DNA of 45,482 nucleotides from an uncultured Eubacteriales bacterium (GTDB lineage Bacteria; Bacillota; Clostridia; Oscillospirales; Acutalibacteraceae): NCBI GenBank assembly GCA_934726435.1, contig CAKVDR010000001.1, positions 1 to 45,482 of the forward strand, read 5' to 3'. Shown piece by piece: positions 45,408 to 45,482 of this stretch (position 1 is its first letter; each line of letters starts with the position of its first letter). The notes under the pieces were generated by a model. It saw only the letters and a program-made list of their open reading frames with translations, ran no database searches and was not told where the DNA came from. The position numbers and the translations under genes were made by a program.

Positions 45408-45482
45408 AAAAAATGCTCCGAGAAAATCGGAGCAATAAATTTATGAATTCACACGGTAATGAGATCGTGTGGATAACTTTTT
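45408..45482. repeat. Repeat module, 3' part, copy 2 (identical to 44485-44559, which leads into the 5S 3' end)
   Basis: The 75 nt are identical to copy 1. They include the GCTCCGAGAAAATCGGAGC and CACACG...CGTGTG hairpins. The repeat is truncated by the window end. Confidence 0.85.

Overview
This window is the chromosomal replication-origin region of a low-GC, spore-forming Firmicute. The taxonomic call rests on PolC-type DNA polymerase III, SpoVT, RemB/DUF370 and strong GGAGG-type ribosome-binding sites (RBS). TGA, TAA and TAG are all used as stops, so the genetic code is standard code 11. The conserved backbone reads as follows. (1) 1-2402, minus strand: the start of a V-type ATPase operon. 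(2) 2.5-13.0 kb, plus strand: pyrH-frr-uppS-cdsA-dxr-rseP-ispG-polC. (3) 15.9-30.2 kb, minus strand except spoVT: M23 peptidase, ferredoxin, spoVT, gpmI, tpiA, gyrA, gyrB, remB, recF, dnaN, dnaA. (4) 30.4-38.2 kb, plus strand: rpmH-rnpA-yidD-yidC-mnmE-mnmG-rsmG-serS. The dnaA-dnaN spacer holds a textbook origin unwinding module: an AT-rich stretch, (TAG)5 DnaA-trios, a GC cluster and a DnaA box. Three parts look accessory or poorly described. (a) 13.1-14.7 kb holds three small genes, each encoding an exactly 73-aa Nif11-like leader ending in Gly-Gly. Each leader is fused to an amphipathic or hydrophobic, cationic core, as in class II or two-peptide bacteriocin precursors. No transporter, peptidase or immunity gene is nearby. 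(b) 38.2-45.5 kb is an AT-rich island of at least 11 consecutive plus-strand genes for small secreted proteins of unknown function. It includes a tandem paralogue array that reuses one roughly 75-nt signal-peptide cassette seven times. Two of those copies are inactivated, one by an A5 homopolymer frameshift and one by an in-frame TGA at the conserved Cys codon. (c) Inside that island sits a roughly 0.95-kb repeated module containing a stand-alone 5S rRNA gene with its own consensus promoter. A second copy is predicted just past the window end. I saw no CRISPR array, transposase, integrase or tRNA.
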